From contig VXQT01000013.1 in assembly GCA_009838915.1 (NCBI GenBank), positions 135,746 through 199,745 on the forward strand: a stretch of DNA of 64,000 nucleotides, in the 5' to 3' direction. The translations under genes and the position numbers were made by a program. Positions within the stretch are counted from its first letter, which is position 1, and each line of letters opens with the position of its first letter. The notes below the pieces were generated by a model, which was not told the origin of the DNA, ran no database searches, and was given only the letters and a program-made list of their open reading frames with translations. Source of the stretch: Chloroflexota bacterium. GTDB lineage: Bacteria; Chloroflexota; Dehalococcoidia; Bin125. Shown here one piece after another: positions 1-9,625 of this stretch.

Positions 1-1
1 C

Positions 2-1057
2 GAAATCACCTATGAGCAGGCGCTCGACGCGATGGATGATCTGCTGATCACGGCCACGTTCGACGGCACGGTCGAAGCCGTCAATGTATCGGTCGGCGAC
101 CGCATCGGCGCCGGAGCGACCGTCTTCGTCGTCAGTACACGTGACCAAATCGTCGTCAACCTGACCGTGACCGAAGCCGAAATCTTCGACCTCCGGGAAC
201 TCCAGGTCGGTGTCGCCTCATTCGACGCCATCGAGGGCGCGCAGTACCCCGTGCGCATCACCACAATCAATCGCGTCCCCAATGTGGATCAGGGCGTCGT
301 CACCTACGCCGTCGAGGCGACCGTGCTCGCGCCGCTGGCGATCCAGGCCGTGCGCGACGATCTCGAAGCACTCGGCGTGACCGTGCCGGAGCGCCAGCCA
401 GCCGCCCAAGATGGTCAGGGCGCGGGTGGTCAGGGAGCTGGACTCAGCGATCGGGCGCGGCGCTTCGGAGCGATGCTGCAGTCGCTCGACCTGCCCGAGG
501 GCACGAGTCTGCTCCAGGTCGTTCAGGCAATCGCCAATGATGATCCACTGCCGGAAGGTGTCGAGCTGCCCGAAGAGTTCGACATCACCGACGAGGAGCG
601 CGCGCAGCTGCGCCCGCTCCTGGCGCGCTTTACAGGCAGTGGGGGCGGCGCAGCCGGCGGCACGGCCGCAGTCGACAACGACCGCCAGTTGCCCATCGAT
701 GGGATGAGCGCAACCGTCACTGTTCTCACCGCTGTCCGCGATGAGTCGGTGCTGATCTCCACATCCGCCGTCCGCCGGATCGACGGCGCGTTCTACGTCG
801 CCGTCCCAACCGAGGACGACGGATCAGACGACGGCGAGGATGGCCCCGCCGTACAGCTTGGCTGGGAACGGCTGGAGGTGCAGATCGGCGAGAGCGATGG
901 TACCAACGTCGAGATTCTCTCCGGTCTGGAGGAAGGCGTCACGGTGTTGGTCGGAGTCGATTCCGAAGGTGTCGCCTACAACGCGACACAACTGCCTGGA
1001 GGCGGGACCGGCGCGGGCGCTTTACCGGGTCCCCTCGGAGGTAGAGGCGGAGGATGA
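2..1057 (+). CDS. Efflux transporter periplasmic adaptor subunit (HlyD/MacA family), 5'-partial
   Basis: The frame is open from base 2, so the gene starts upstream of the window. The beta-barrel/lipoyl-like adaptor motifs are present (DGTVEAVNVSVGDRI...). Gly/Ala-rich C-terminus. Its stop overlaps the start of the downstream ABC ATPase, as in macA-macB. Confidence 0.75.
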   Translation, partial: EITYEQALDAMDDLLITATFDGTVEAVNVSVGDRIGAGATVFVVSTRDQIVVNLTVTEAEIFDLRELQVGVASFDAIEGAQYPVRITTINRVPNVDQGVVTYAVEATVLAPLAIQAVRDDLEALGVTVPERQPAAQDGQGAGGQGAGLSDRARRFGAMLQSLDLPEGTSLLQVVQAIANDDPLPEGVELPEEFDITDEERAQLRPLLARFTGSGGGAAGGTAAVDNDRQLPIDGMSATVTVLTAVRDESVLISTSAVRRIDGAFYVAVPTEDDGSDDGEDGPAVQLGWERLEVQIGESDGTNVEILSGLEEGVTVLVGVDSEGVAYNATQLPGGGTGAGALPGPLGGRGGG

Positions 1058-1764
1058 TCCGACTCGACGCGGTTCGCAAGACGTTTAAGACGGGCGAGAC
1101 CGAGATCAACGCGCTCGACGGGGTGAGTCTGCAAATCGAGCGCGGCGAATTCGTAGCCATCATGGGTCAGTCCGGCTCGGGTAAGAGCACGATGATGAAC
1201 ATCATCGGCCTGCTCGATCGACCAGATGAAGGCGCATACCTACTCTCAGGCCAGAACGTGGCCGGACTCAGCGAACACGCCCGCGCCCGGCTACGCGGCA
1301 CCGCTTTCGGCTTCGTCTTCCAGTCCTACTCGCTCCTGCCCCGCATGAGCGCCCTGGAGCAGGTCGAGCTACCCCTGATCTACCAGGGCGTCCGCGACCG
1401 TAGACGCCGAGCCGCCGAAGCCCTCGTCCGCGTTGGCCTGGCCGACCGCATCGGACACCGACCGACCCAGCTTTCCGGCGGCGAACAGCAGCGCGTCGCC
1501 ATCGCCCGCTCATTGGTCGTCGATCCATTGGTCGTGCTCGCCGACGAACCCACCGGCGCGCTCGACACCGCGACCGGACACGAGGTCATGACCCTGCTCA
1601 GCGATTTGGTCGACCAGCACGGCATGACGATCATCCTCGTCACCCACGAACCAGAAGTTGCCGCCTTCGCCCATCGCATGGTCAGAATGCGCGACGGCCA
1701 GATCATTGAGGACACCGGCGCGAGCAAAGCGGCTGATGCGCTCAACGGCGAGGCCTCGACATGA
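1054..1764 (+). CDS. ABC transporter ATP-binding protein, MacB/LolD-like
   Basis: Walker A GQSGSGKST, signature LSGGEQQRVAIARSL, Walker B VVLADEPTGALD. ATGA overlaps with both neighbours. Confidence 0.9.
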   Translation: MIRLDAVRKTFKTGETEINALDGVSLQIERGEFVAIMGQSGSGKSTMMNIIGLLDRPDEGAYLLSGQNVAGLSEHARARLRGTAFGFVFQSYSLLPRMSALEQVELPLIYQGVRDRRRRAAEALVRVGLADRIGHRPTQLSGGEQQRVAIARSLVVDPLVVLADEPTGALDTATGHEVMTLLSDLVDQHGMTIILVTHEPEVAAFAHRMVRMRDGQIIEDTGASKAADALNGEAST

Positions 1765-3014
1765 GCACGCTCGACGCCTTGCAGATCGCGGTCCGCGCGA
1801 TCATCGCCAATCGACTCAGGAGCCTGCTCACCTTGCTCGGCCTGGTGATCGGCGTCAGTTCTGTCATCGCCCTGATCGCCGTTGGACAAGGCACCCAGAA
1901 AGGCGTCAGCGATCAGATCCGCGGCCTGGGCACCGACCTCATCTTCATCGAACCCTCTGCCGAGGCGACCACCCAGCAGGGCGGCGGCGCATCGCCGATC
2001 ACGACGACCCTCACCCGGGCTGATGCCGATGCGATCGCGGCGAACGGCAACCCCGCGATCTCGGCGGTTACATCGCACATTACCGGCGAGGCTCAAGCCA
2101 TCGCAGGCGTGAACAACGTCGGCGCGGAGTCGGTCTTCACGTCGTCCAACTACGCCGAGGTGCGCGATCTGGAGGTAGCGACCGGCTCGTTCATCGCGCC
2201 CGGCCATGATCGGGCGGGCAGTCTGGTCGCCGTGCTGGGCATACGCGTCGCTGAGACGCTGTTTCCGAACGTTGACCCAATCGGCCAGGAAGTGCGCCTC
2301 TCCTTCCTCGCCGGTCGTGTCGTGTTCGCATTCACCGTGATTGGCGTACTCCACGAAGTTGGCGGCGCAGCCGACGCCGACGATCAGGTGTTCGTGCCGA
2401 TCACCGGAATGGCCAACCGCTTCCGCTTCCTATACACGCCCACCGGCGATCTGCGAGTTACCCAGATCGATGTCCAGGCCTCGCCGGGCGCCGACACGGA
2501 GCAGCTCAAGCAACAGATCAGCGAACTGTTGCTGTTTCGGCACAACCGCACCGACCCGGACTTCACCATCGAGAGCCAGGACGACTTGCTGGAGGCCGCG
2601 TCGGAGGTGGCGAACACGCTCTCCATCCTGTTGGGTGTGATTGGCGGAATTTCGCTGTTAGTGGGCGGGATTGGTGTGATGAACATCATGCTGGTCTCGG
2701 TTACGGAGCGGACTCGCGAAATCGGGATCCGCCGCGCCGTTGGAGCCACAGCCGGCGACATCGTGAATCAGTTTGTGACAGAAGCGCTGGCGCTCAGCGT
2801 GCTGGGCGGCATGATTGGGATCGTGATCGGTGTTGTGGCCTCGCTGCTGGTTGACGGCCAGACCTTGGGCGATCAGGAAGTGACGACCGTGATCCAGGCC
2901 TGGTCGATTGCCGCCGCGTTCGGCGTCTCCGCGGGAGTCGGCCTGATCAGCGGCATCTATCCAGCTTGGCGGGCGACCGTGGTTGACCCCATTGCCGCAC
3001 TCAGAAACGAATAA
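1761..3014 (+). CDS. ABC transporter permease, FtsX/MacB-type
   Basis: N-terminal TM helix, large periplasmic loop, and a C-terminal FtsX 4-helix block ending ...DPIAALRNE. Confidence 0.85.
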   Translation: MSTLDALQIAVRAIIANRLRSLLTLLGLVIGVSSVIALIAVGQGTQKGVSDQIRGLGTDLIFIEPSAEATTQQGGGASPITTTLTRADADAIAANGNPAISAVTSHITGEAQAIAGVNNVGAESVFTSSNYAEVRDLEVATGSFIAPGHDRAGSLVAVLGIRVAETLFPNVDPIGQEVRLSFLAGRVVFAFTVIGVLHEVGGAADADDQVFVPITGMANRFRFLYTPTGDLRVTQIDVQASPGADTEQLKQQISELLLFRHNRTDPDFTIESQDDLLEAASEVANTLSILLGVIGGISLLVGGIGVMNIMLVSVTERTREIGIRRAVGATAGDIVNQFVTEALALSVLGGMIGIVIGVVASLLVDGQTLGDQEVTTVIQAWSIAAAFGVSAGVGLISGIYPAWRATVVDPIAALRNE

Positions 3015-3094
3015 CGGCAGCCGCTATCTTGTCGCCGTCAGAGTCAATCGCGCCGTCGAGTCGACCGGCTCAGTGCAGGACGAGGAGTGGACAG

Positions 3095-3934
3095 ATGCCG
3101 TTGCCGCCTGAAGGATCTCTGAATCGCTTTGCGGGCAAGGTCGCCGTCGTGACCGGCGGCGCGAGCGGGATGGGCCGCGAGTCGTCGATTCGGCTGGGGC
3201 GCGAGGGTGCGTCCGTCGTGGTCGCGGGGCTGCCTGACGACGAGCGCGGCGCGGAGACGGTGGCGATGGTCGAGGCGGCCGGCGGTCAGGCCGTGTACGT
3301 CGGCGTCGACGTGACGCGCGAGGCCGACTGCGACGCAATGGCAGACGCAGCGCTGGAACACTTCGGCCGACTCGATCTCTGCATCGCCGCGGCGGGTATC
3401 TCGCACGCGGGCTACGTCTCGGGCGAGGTGACCGAGGGCGAGCCGCTGCTCGGCGGCGCACAGCGCCACGTAATCCACAAGCCGGTCGAGTACTGGGAAA
3501 AGGTGCTGGCCGTCAATCTGACCGGCGTGATGCTGACCAATCGCGCGGTGGCGCGGCGCATGATCGCGCAGGGCGAGGGCGGCGCAATCGTCAACATCTC
3601 CTCCGGCGCAGCCAAAGCACCGATTCGCGGGATGGCCGACTACTGCGTTTCCAAGACCGGGGTCTGGATGCTGACGCGCGTGCTCGCGCTGGAGCTTGCG
3701 CCAAACAACATCCGGGTCAACACAGTCGCCCCGGGCCTGATCGACACGCCGATGACGCTCGCGGTCACAACCGACGAGGAGCGCCGCCAGCGGCGCATCG
3801 AGAGCATCCCGCTCAATCGGTTGGGAGAACCGTCCGACATCGCCGAGGCTGCCCTGTTCCTGCTCAGCGACCAGGCCGGCTACATCACTGGACAGATCCT
3901 GCATCCGGACGGCGGCATCTTCGTCGGCAACTGA
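3095..3934 (+). CDS. SDR family NAD(P)-dependent oxidoreductase
   Basis: GKVAVVTGGASGMG Rossmann motif near the N-terminus. Catalytic region around YCVSK. I placed the start at the internal ATG preceded by GGAG; the ORF track begins at 3029. Confidence 0.85.
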   Translation: MPLPPEGSLNRFAGKVAVVTGGASGMGRESSIRLGREGASVVVAGLPDDERGAETVAMVEAAGGQAVYVGVDVTREADCDAMADAALEHFGRLDLCIAAAGISHAGYVSGEVTEGEPLLGGAQRHVIHKPVEYWEKVLAVNLTGVMLTNRAVARRMIAQGEGGAIVNISSGAAKAPIRGMADYCVSKTGVWMLTRVLALELAPNNIRVNTVAPGLIDTPMTLAVTTDEERRQRRIESIPLNRLGEPSDIAEAALFLLSDQAGYITGQILHPDGGIFVGN

Positions 3935-3976
3935 ATCCGCATGGGCCGGGCGTGATGGCGCGATACGCTATCACAG

Positions 3977-5188
3977 ATGCTCACTCTGGCCATCCAACAA
4001 CTCTTGACCAAGAAGCTCCGCTCGGCCCTGACCGTCCTCGGCTTTGGCGTCTGCGTCAACCTGTACATCGTGGTCACCACGGTGATGCGATTTATCACCG
4101 ACGACCTCGATCTCCAGGTACAGCGCTTCACCGGCGTGCTGTTCGTACAGTCGCGAGGACTGGCGGGCATGTCGGGCATCGAGTGGCCGCCGATCTCGTC
4201 AACGATCTCCAACGCCGAGGCACGGGCCGTGCTGTCGCAGCCCGCCGTCGATCCCGAGCGCTCGACCAAAGTGACGTTTGCATCGCTGGCGCCGCCGCCC
4301 TATCCGACGGCGCCGCCCGAGGCGCTCTTGGTCGGCATCGAACTGGGCAAGGAAGACGTCTTCCTCGGCGGCGCCGAGGCGGCCGCGGGACGGGTCGACT
4401 TTCCCCAGCCCAACGGCACAAACGTGGCCCCGCCCGCGATTCTTGGCGTGCTGGCGGCACGTCACTTCGCCTCGGCCGCCACGGCGACGACCGAAGTCCC
4501 ATCGCCGGTGGGCCCGATCGCGTTGGCGGCTCTGGGCAGCACGATCTCCGTTCGGGGGCACGAGTTTGAAGTGCAGGGAATCATCGAGCCCGAGACGAAC
4601 CAGTTGTTGCGCTCGGCGGTGCTCGTCCCGTTGGAGAGCGCACAGACGGTGCTGCAGACTCCGGATGCGGTTTCGGCGATGCTGCTCTCGCCCAAGCGCG
4701 CCTCCGACATCGAACCGCTGCAATCCTTGATCGAGTCCGACCACGCCGAGTTGATGGTGATCTCCGATAAGCAGCTTGCCGAGAACGCACGCAAGCTGCT
4801 CGACCGGGTCAATCAGCTCTTCAACGTGGTGCGCTGGACTTCGGTTTCGGTGGCGGCACTGTTGATTGCGATTGTGATGTTCGTTTCGGTACTGGAACGG
4901 ACTCGAGAGCTGGGCACGCTGCGCGCGATCGGCGCGCCGCGTCGGGCTCTGCTGTCGCTGATTCTCTCGGAGTCGGCGGGCTTCGCGCTGGCCGGATCGA
5001 TGGTCGGCGTGCCGATGTCGCGGGTCGTGATCCGCCAGGCGTTGGGACCCGACGCGGCCGGCTTACGCTCGAAGCAGATCGAGTACGGCGCAGCCGGAAT
5101 CCTGAGCCTGTGCTCGATGCTGGCTGCCGTCATGCCCGCCTGGCGCGCCGTGCAGGTCGACCCAATCATCGCACTGCGCTACGAGTGA
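3977..5188 (+). CDS. ABC transporter permease, FtsX-like
   Basis: N-terminal TM helix, a long extracytoplasmic domain, and a C-terminal FtsX block ending DPIIALRYE. Confidence 0.8.
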   Translation: MLTLAIQQLLTKKLRSALTVLGFGVCVNLYIVVTTVMRFITDDLDLQVQRFTGVLFVQSRGLAGMSGIEWPPISSTISNAEARAVLSQPAVDPERSTKVTFASLAPPPYPTAPPEALLVGIELGKEDVFLGGAEAAAGRVDFPQPNGTNVAPPAILGVLAARHFASAATATTEVPSPVGPIALAALGSTISVRGHEFEVQGIIEPETNQLLRSAVLVPLESAQTVLQTPDAVSAMLLSPKRASDIEPLQSLIESDHAELMVISDKQLAENARKLLDRVNQLFNVVRWTSVSVAALLIAIVMFVSVLERTRELGTLRAIGAPRRALLSLILSESAGFALAGSMVGVPMSRVVIRQALGPDAAGLRSKQIEYGAAGILSLCSMLAAVMPAWRAVQVDPIIALRYE

Positions 5189-5198
5189 GGGGGTCGTT

Positions 5199-5945
5199 GT
5201 GGGGAGCGAGCCGCAGGTTGTCGAAGAAGCGAGGGAATCGCAGCGGACCCCGCTCCTGTCGGCCCGCAACCTTGCCCGCATCTTCCATCTCGGCGGCCAA
5301 ACGATTCATGCTCTGGAGCCGCTGAATCTCGATATCCAGCGAGGCGATTTCATCGCCATCGCCGGACCGTCGGGTTCGGGCAAATCAACGCTGTTGCAGC
5401 TCCTGGGTCTGATCGAATCGCCCACCTCAGGCGAAGTGCGGGTTCAGGATCGGGCCGCGCACGGCCTGGGCGGCGAGCAGCGCGCGGCGCTGCGACTCAA
5501 GACGCTGGGCTTCGTCTTCCAGGCGTTCAACCTGCTGCAGATGCTGACCGCGCGGCAAAACGTCGAGATCGCGCTGGCTCTCGCCGGCTGGCCTCGGCGC
5601 AAACGCCGCGCTCGCGCGAAGGAGCTGCTCGAGTCGGTCGGCCTCGGAGAGCGGTTGGAGCACCGGCCGCTGCAACTCTCGGGCGGGGAACGTCAGCGCG
5701 TGGCCATCGCTCGGGCAATGGCCAACGATCCAGATGTGATCCTCGCCGACGAGCCAACCGGCAATCTCGACTCCCAGACCGGCCGTGAGATCGTCCAACT
5801 GCTGGAAGACCTGAATCGCGCCGGTCAGACGATCGTGATGGTCACGCACAACCTGGAGATTGCCAGACGCGCAGGACGGCTGTTCCTCATGCGCGACGGC
5901 CGGATGCGCGAAGTCGATCCGTCCGATCCTCGGGGGCTGGACTAG
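5199..5945 (+). CDS. ABC transporter ATP-binding protein
   Basis: GPSGSGKST Walker [16 protein letters not shown] signature, [11 protein letters not shown] Walker B. GTG start. Confidence 0.9.
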   Translation: MGSEPQVVEEARESQRTPLLSARNLARIFHLGGQTIHALEPLNLDIQRGDFIAIAGPSGSGKSTLLQLLGLIESPTSGEVRVQDRAAHGLGGEQRAALRLKTLGFVFQAFNLLQMLTARQNVEIALALAGWPRRKRRARAKELLESVGLGERLEHRPLQLSGGERQRVAIARAMANDPDVILADEPTGNLDSQTGREIVQLLEDLNRAGQTIVMVTHNLEIARRAGRLFLMRDGRMREVDPSDPRGLD

Positions 5946-5987
5946 CCTTAACCTGCGGAGAGGCTCAACGAGCGGCTCGGAGGTCCT

Positions 5988-6458
5988 GTGACATCGGAAG
6001 CAACCCCGAGAGAGGTGACCCCAGCGGATGCGCCGGACTTCTGGCCTGAGGCGCTCGAGGTCATCAGCAGTGCGCCGATTGCGCTGCTGGCCACCGCAAA
6101 CGGTCGGCAGCCACACGTGCGGCCGGTGGTGCCGGCGTACGTGGACATGGTCGCCTACGTGCTGACCAGCTCGGGCTCTCCCAAGACCGATCAGGTCCAG
6201 GCCAATGCGTTGGTTGAACTTCTGCACTGGACCTCGGACTTCCGCCATCTCAACTTGGCCGGGTCGGCCACCGTGATCAACGACGCCGAGGAGATCGCCG
6301 AGGTCGCACCTCACTTTCCCTACACGGTTGATGACTTCTTCGGGCCCGATCTGCGAGCGCCGGCGATGCTCAAAGTGCGCCTGGAGCGTGTCGCTATCAC
6401 TACGTTCAACGACATCATTGCCGACAAGCGACCTCGCATCTGGCGCACAACCAGTTGA
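5988..6458 (+). CDS. Pyridoxamine 5'-phosphate oxidase family protein (FMN/F420-binding split-barrel)
   Basis: 156 aa. The ...PHVRPVV...ATVIND... pattern is typical of PPOX-class split-barrel proteins. F420 biosynthesis genes are present elsewhere in the window. Confidence 0.55.
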   Translation: MTSEATPREVTPADAPDFWPEALEVISSAPIALLATANGRQPHVRPVVPAYVDMVAYVLTSSGSPKTDQVQANALVELLHWTSDFRHLNLAGSATVINDAEEIAEVAPHFPYTVDDFFGPDLRAPAMLKVRLERVAITTFNDIIADKRPRIWRTTS

Positions 6459-6503
6459 CGGCATTCCGAGGACGCACAGGAATGAAGATGAGAGGATGAT
6501 TCG

Positions 6504-7448
6504 ATGCGTATCGCCCTGATTGGACAGGCGCCGTTCGGCGCGGCGGTGTTTGAGCGGCTCGTGGAAGACGGTCATGAGATCGTCGGCGTGTTTACCCCGC
6601 CGGAGCGTGAGGGCGGCCGTCCCGATCCGCTGGCCCAGGCGGCACGCGACAGAGGAATCACCCTGGTGCAACCGAGACGCTGGCAGCGGCGCGGGGTCGT
6701 GGACGAGGATGTCGTCGCGCAGTACGAGGCCACGAATCCCGACCTTAACGTGATGGCCTTCGTCACGCAGATCATCCCGACTCAGGTGCTCGACTTCCCG
6801 CCGCAGAAGACGATCCAGTACCACCCGTCGATCTTGCCGAAGCACCGCGGCCGCTCGGCGATCAACCACGCCATCCTCCAGGGCGACACGATGACCGGTG
6901 TCACGATCTTCTGGGTCGACGAGGGCATCGACACAGGACCGATCCTGCTACAGCGACCCTGCCCAATCGGTCCCGATACCACGCTCAACGATGTTTACCG
7001 CGAGTACCTCTTTCCGCTCGGCGTCGACGCCATGTCCGAGGCGGTCAAGCTGGTCGAGGCAGGCCAGGCGCCGCGTCATGTCCAGAACGAAGACGACATG
7101 ACCTACGAAGGTCCGTGGGAGGGCGACATCGCGCGGATCGACTGGTCACAACCGGCGCAGACGGTGCACGACTTTATCCGCGGGTCCGACCGCGCGCCCG
7201 GCGCATGGAGTGAGATCAACGGCGAGCGCGTCACGCTGCTCGGCTCGACGCGATCGGATCACTCAGGAGGCTCAGCCGGAGAGATCGCCGCCATCGGCGA
7301 CAGCGGCATGACCATCATTTGTGGGGACGGCGAATCGATTCGGGTGAGCACGCTGGCCGTGGGCCGTGACCGCCAACCGGCGTACGAGTGGGCGTCGGCG
7401 AACGGCATCCAGGTCGGAGCGGTGTTTGAGGCTGCTCCCGCCGACTAG
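6504..7448 (+). CDS. Formyltransferase family protein (methionyl-tRNA formyltransferase-like)
   Basis: N-terminal MRIALIGQAPFG start, SILPKHRG folate-binding motif, and a C-terminal Fmt-like domain. Confidence 0.7.
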   Translation: MRIALIGQAPFGAAVFERLVEDGHEIVGVFTPPEREGGRPDPLAQAARDRGITLVQPRRWQRRGVVDEDVVAQYEATNPDLNVMAFVTQIIPTQVLDFPPQKTIQYHPSILPKHRGRSAINHAILQGDTMTGVTIFWVDEGIDTGPILLQRPCPIGPDTTLNDVYREYLFPLGVDAMSEAVKLVEAGQAPRHVQNEDDMTYEGPWEGDIARIDWSQPAQTVHDFIRGSDRAPGAWSEINGERVTLLGSTRSDHSGGSAGEIAAIGDSGMTIICGDGESIRVSTLAVGRDRQPAYEWASANGIQVGAVFEAAPAD

Positions 7449-7741
7449 GTCATGTCCTGGACGCGCTTGCCGGAGTCGACCAGGGGCGCAAATCGGGTCT
7501 TGCTGAGTGGGTCGTTGCGCGAGGCCTTGTCCCAGGCCGCGTCAACCATCTTCGCGTACTTGGGATGCATCTCGCGCATCTTGGTGTTCTCGTCCTTGAT
7601 GAACGCGGATCGCGCTATCAGGCGTTCGACCTGGCCCTTCGTGTCGCACGCTTCGCACTCAGGCGCAGGCGCGTCGATCTTGCGGGTGAAGTGCTCCCAC
7701 TCCTCGCCGCAGGCTCGGCAGGCGTATTCGTAAATGGGCAT
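7445..7741 (-). CDS. FmdB family zinc-ribbon protein
   Basis: MPIYEYACRACGEEWEH...CEAC, i.e. two CxxC pairs forming the FmdB signature. I placed the start at the internal ATG; the ORF track extends to 7873. Confidence 0.7.
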   Translation of the reverse strand: MPIYEYACRACGEEWEHFTRKIDAPAPECEACDTKGQVERLIARSAFIKDENTKMREMHPKYAKMVDAAWDKASRNDPLSKTRFAPLVDSGKRVQDMT

Positions 7742-7874
7742 GGCGTGCTCCCGGCGGTTCAGGTAGCGGATCGATCCGTCTCTCACGATGGTACGATCTC
7801 GACGTAACTGCCGCACCTGATCGGCGAGATTGACTGCGGTTAGGGGGAGTCGAACCGTGTACGGATTGCGCACG

Positions 7875-8846
7875 ATGTTCCTCGTGGTGCTGATGGCGGG
7901 GCTGATGATGGTGGTCGGCCTTGCGGTGGCCGGTCAGGTCGGATTGATCGTGATGGCGGTGGTCGCCCTGGGCATCAACCTGTACAGCTACTACAACTCG
8001 CACTCGATGGTGCCCAGGGCGATGGGCGGACAGCTCGTTACCGCTGCGGAAGCGCCGGAGTTGTACCGCATCGTCGAGCAGGCCGCCTGCCAGGCGGAGA
8101 TGCCGTTCAAGCCGGAGTTACTGTCGCAGTTCACGCTGGAACACCTGGAGGCTCGTTGCACAGGGCATTGCCGCCCCGGCGATTGTCCGCGTCACATCCC
8201 GTCGGTCTACGTGATCGACACGCCGATTCCCAACGCGTTCGCCACGGGCCGGCATCCAAAGCACTCGGCGGTCGCGGCGACGACCGGGATTATGGGTCTG
8301 CTCACGCGGCGTGAGCTGGCCGGCGTGATGGCGCACGAGCTGGCCCACGTGACCAACCGCGACACCCTGTGGTCGACGATCGTGGCCTCGATGGCGATGG
8401 TGATTTCGTTCCTCGGGATGATCGCGCAGTGGGGCCTGATGTTCATGTTCCTGTTCGGCGGCATGGGCGGCCGCGACGGCAACGGCGGCGGCGCCGGACA
8501 CCTGGCCGGCGCGCTGATTGTGGCAATCCTGGCGCCATTCCTGGCGATGCTGATCCAGATGGCGGTCAGCCGTCAACGCGAACTCAAGGCCGACGACACG
8601 GGCGCCCGCCGCTGCGGCGACCCCGAGGCGCTGGCCTACGCGCTGATGAAGCTGGAGCAGGGCGTGCGGACGCCCGAATCGCGCTATGCCGCGGAGGAAA
8701 TGAAGACTGCAGAGGCGGCCAACCACATGTTTATCGTCAACCCGCTGGCCGGTGGCGCGGGCAAGTTCTTCTCGACTCACCCGCCGACCGAGCAGCGAGT
8801 CGAACGCCTCCGCAAGATCGGCGAGGAAATCGGCCGCCCGTTCTAG
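7875..8846 (+). CDS. htpX: Zinc metalloprotease HtpX (M48 family)
   Basis: HELAHV zinc motif, four TM segments, and a C-terminal FSTHPPTEQRVERL. It carries an unusual ~30-aa Cys/His-rich insertion before the conserved VYVIDxPxPNAFATG block. Confidence 0.85.
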   Translation: MFLVVLMAGLMMVVGLAVAGQVGLIVMAVVALGINLYSYYNSHSMVPRAMGGQLVTAAEAPELYRIVEQAACQAEMPFKPELLSQFTLEHLEARCTGHCRPGDCPRHIPSVYVIDTPIPNAFATGRHPKHSAVAATTGIMGLLTRRELAGVMAHELAHVTNRDTLWSTIVASMAMVISFLGMIAQWGLMFMFLFGGMGGRDGNGGGAGHLAGALIVAILAPFLAMLIQMAVSRQRELKADDTGARRCGDPEALAYALMKLEQGVRTPESRYAAEEMKTAEAANHMFIVNPLAGGAGKFFSTHPPTEQRVERLRKIGEEIGRPF

Positions 8847-9619
8847 TCTGCTGCTCGGTCCTGCCGCGCAAGCTCTTCGCGCAACGACTTGACCTCGTCC
8901 TGGAGCGTCTTGAGTTCAGCCAGGATCTGTTCCTGCTCCTCGTCCTGACCCTGCTCGACGAACCATGCGGCGATGGTGGCCGTGACCATTCCCAGCAGCG
9001 CGAGGCCCAGCAGCGTAACGATTGCGCCCACGATGTTGACCATCGCCGAGTGCTCGTCCTGCACGCCGTCGCCGGTCACCATCGTATTGAGCGTCCACCA
9101 GAAGCCGTCGAACCAGTTGTCGAACTCGCCGATGCCACCGGCGACTTCGCCCGACTGCTGAACCCGCATGATGGCTTCGGTTCCGCCGAACAGAATCGTC
9201 AACACCAGGAGCACCGAGCTCGACGCGCCTCGCTGCAGGAACATCTTGCGAGCGCGTAAGGCAAACATCACCAGTCGCAGTGCTCGCAGGTAGGGCACCA
9301 ACACGATGACGACGTCGAACCAGTTCTCCCTCAGGAACTGGAATCGCCGCTCGGCCAACCAGACCCGCACGACGAGATCGACGGCGAACGCTGCCCAGAT
9401 TGCGACATCAATCCAGAACACCACCGAGTGCGCGGTTGGCGATGTCTCCCGGTCGATCACGTTTTCGAGCACCAACAGCGGAATCGTGGCGATCGCCAGG
9501 GTCAGTAACAGCCATCGGGTGCGCAGTTCCCAGCTCACCAGGTGCGCAGGCGAACGTCCCCGCCGCCAGGCAATCGCCCAGCCGCCAGCGTTAGCGATGG
9601 ACTCTGCAGATGCACTCAC
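8843..9619 (-). CDS. Ion transport protein, 6-TM voltage-sensor-type channel
   Basis: The S4-like helix LRALRLVMFALRARKMF has Arg at every third position. Pore loop FWWTLNTMVTGDG. C-terminal coiled coil resembling those of bacterial NaChBac/NavAb-type channels. Confidence 0.7.
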   Translation of the reverse strand: MSASAESIANAGGWAIAWRRGRSPAHLVSWELRTRWLLLTLAIATIPLLVLENVIDRETSPTAHSVVFWIDVAIWAAFAVDLVVRVWLAERRFQFLRENWFDVVIVLVPYLRALRLVMFALRARKMFLQRGASSSVLLVLTILFGGTEAIMRVQQSGEVAGGIGEFDNWFDGFWWTLNTMVTGDGVQDEHSAMVNIVGAIVTLLGLALLGMVTATIAAWFVEQGQDEEQEQILAELKTLQDEVKSLREELARQDRAAD

Positions 9620-9625
9620 GTCGGG

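Noticed and set aside
5427-6869. 480-aa minus-strand ORF spanning three plus-strand genes
   Set aside because: It is antisense to well-supported genes (ABC ATPase, PPOX, formyltransferase). It is Arg/Leu/Asp-rich with no motif, as expected for a high-GC antisense open frame.
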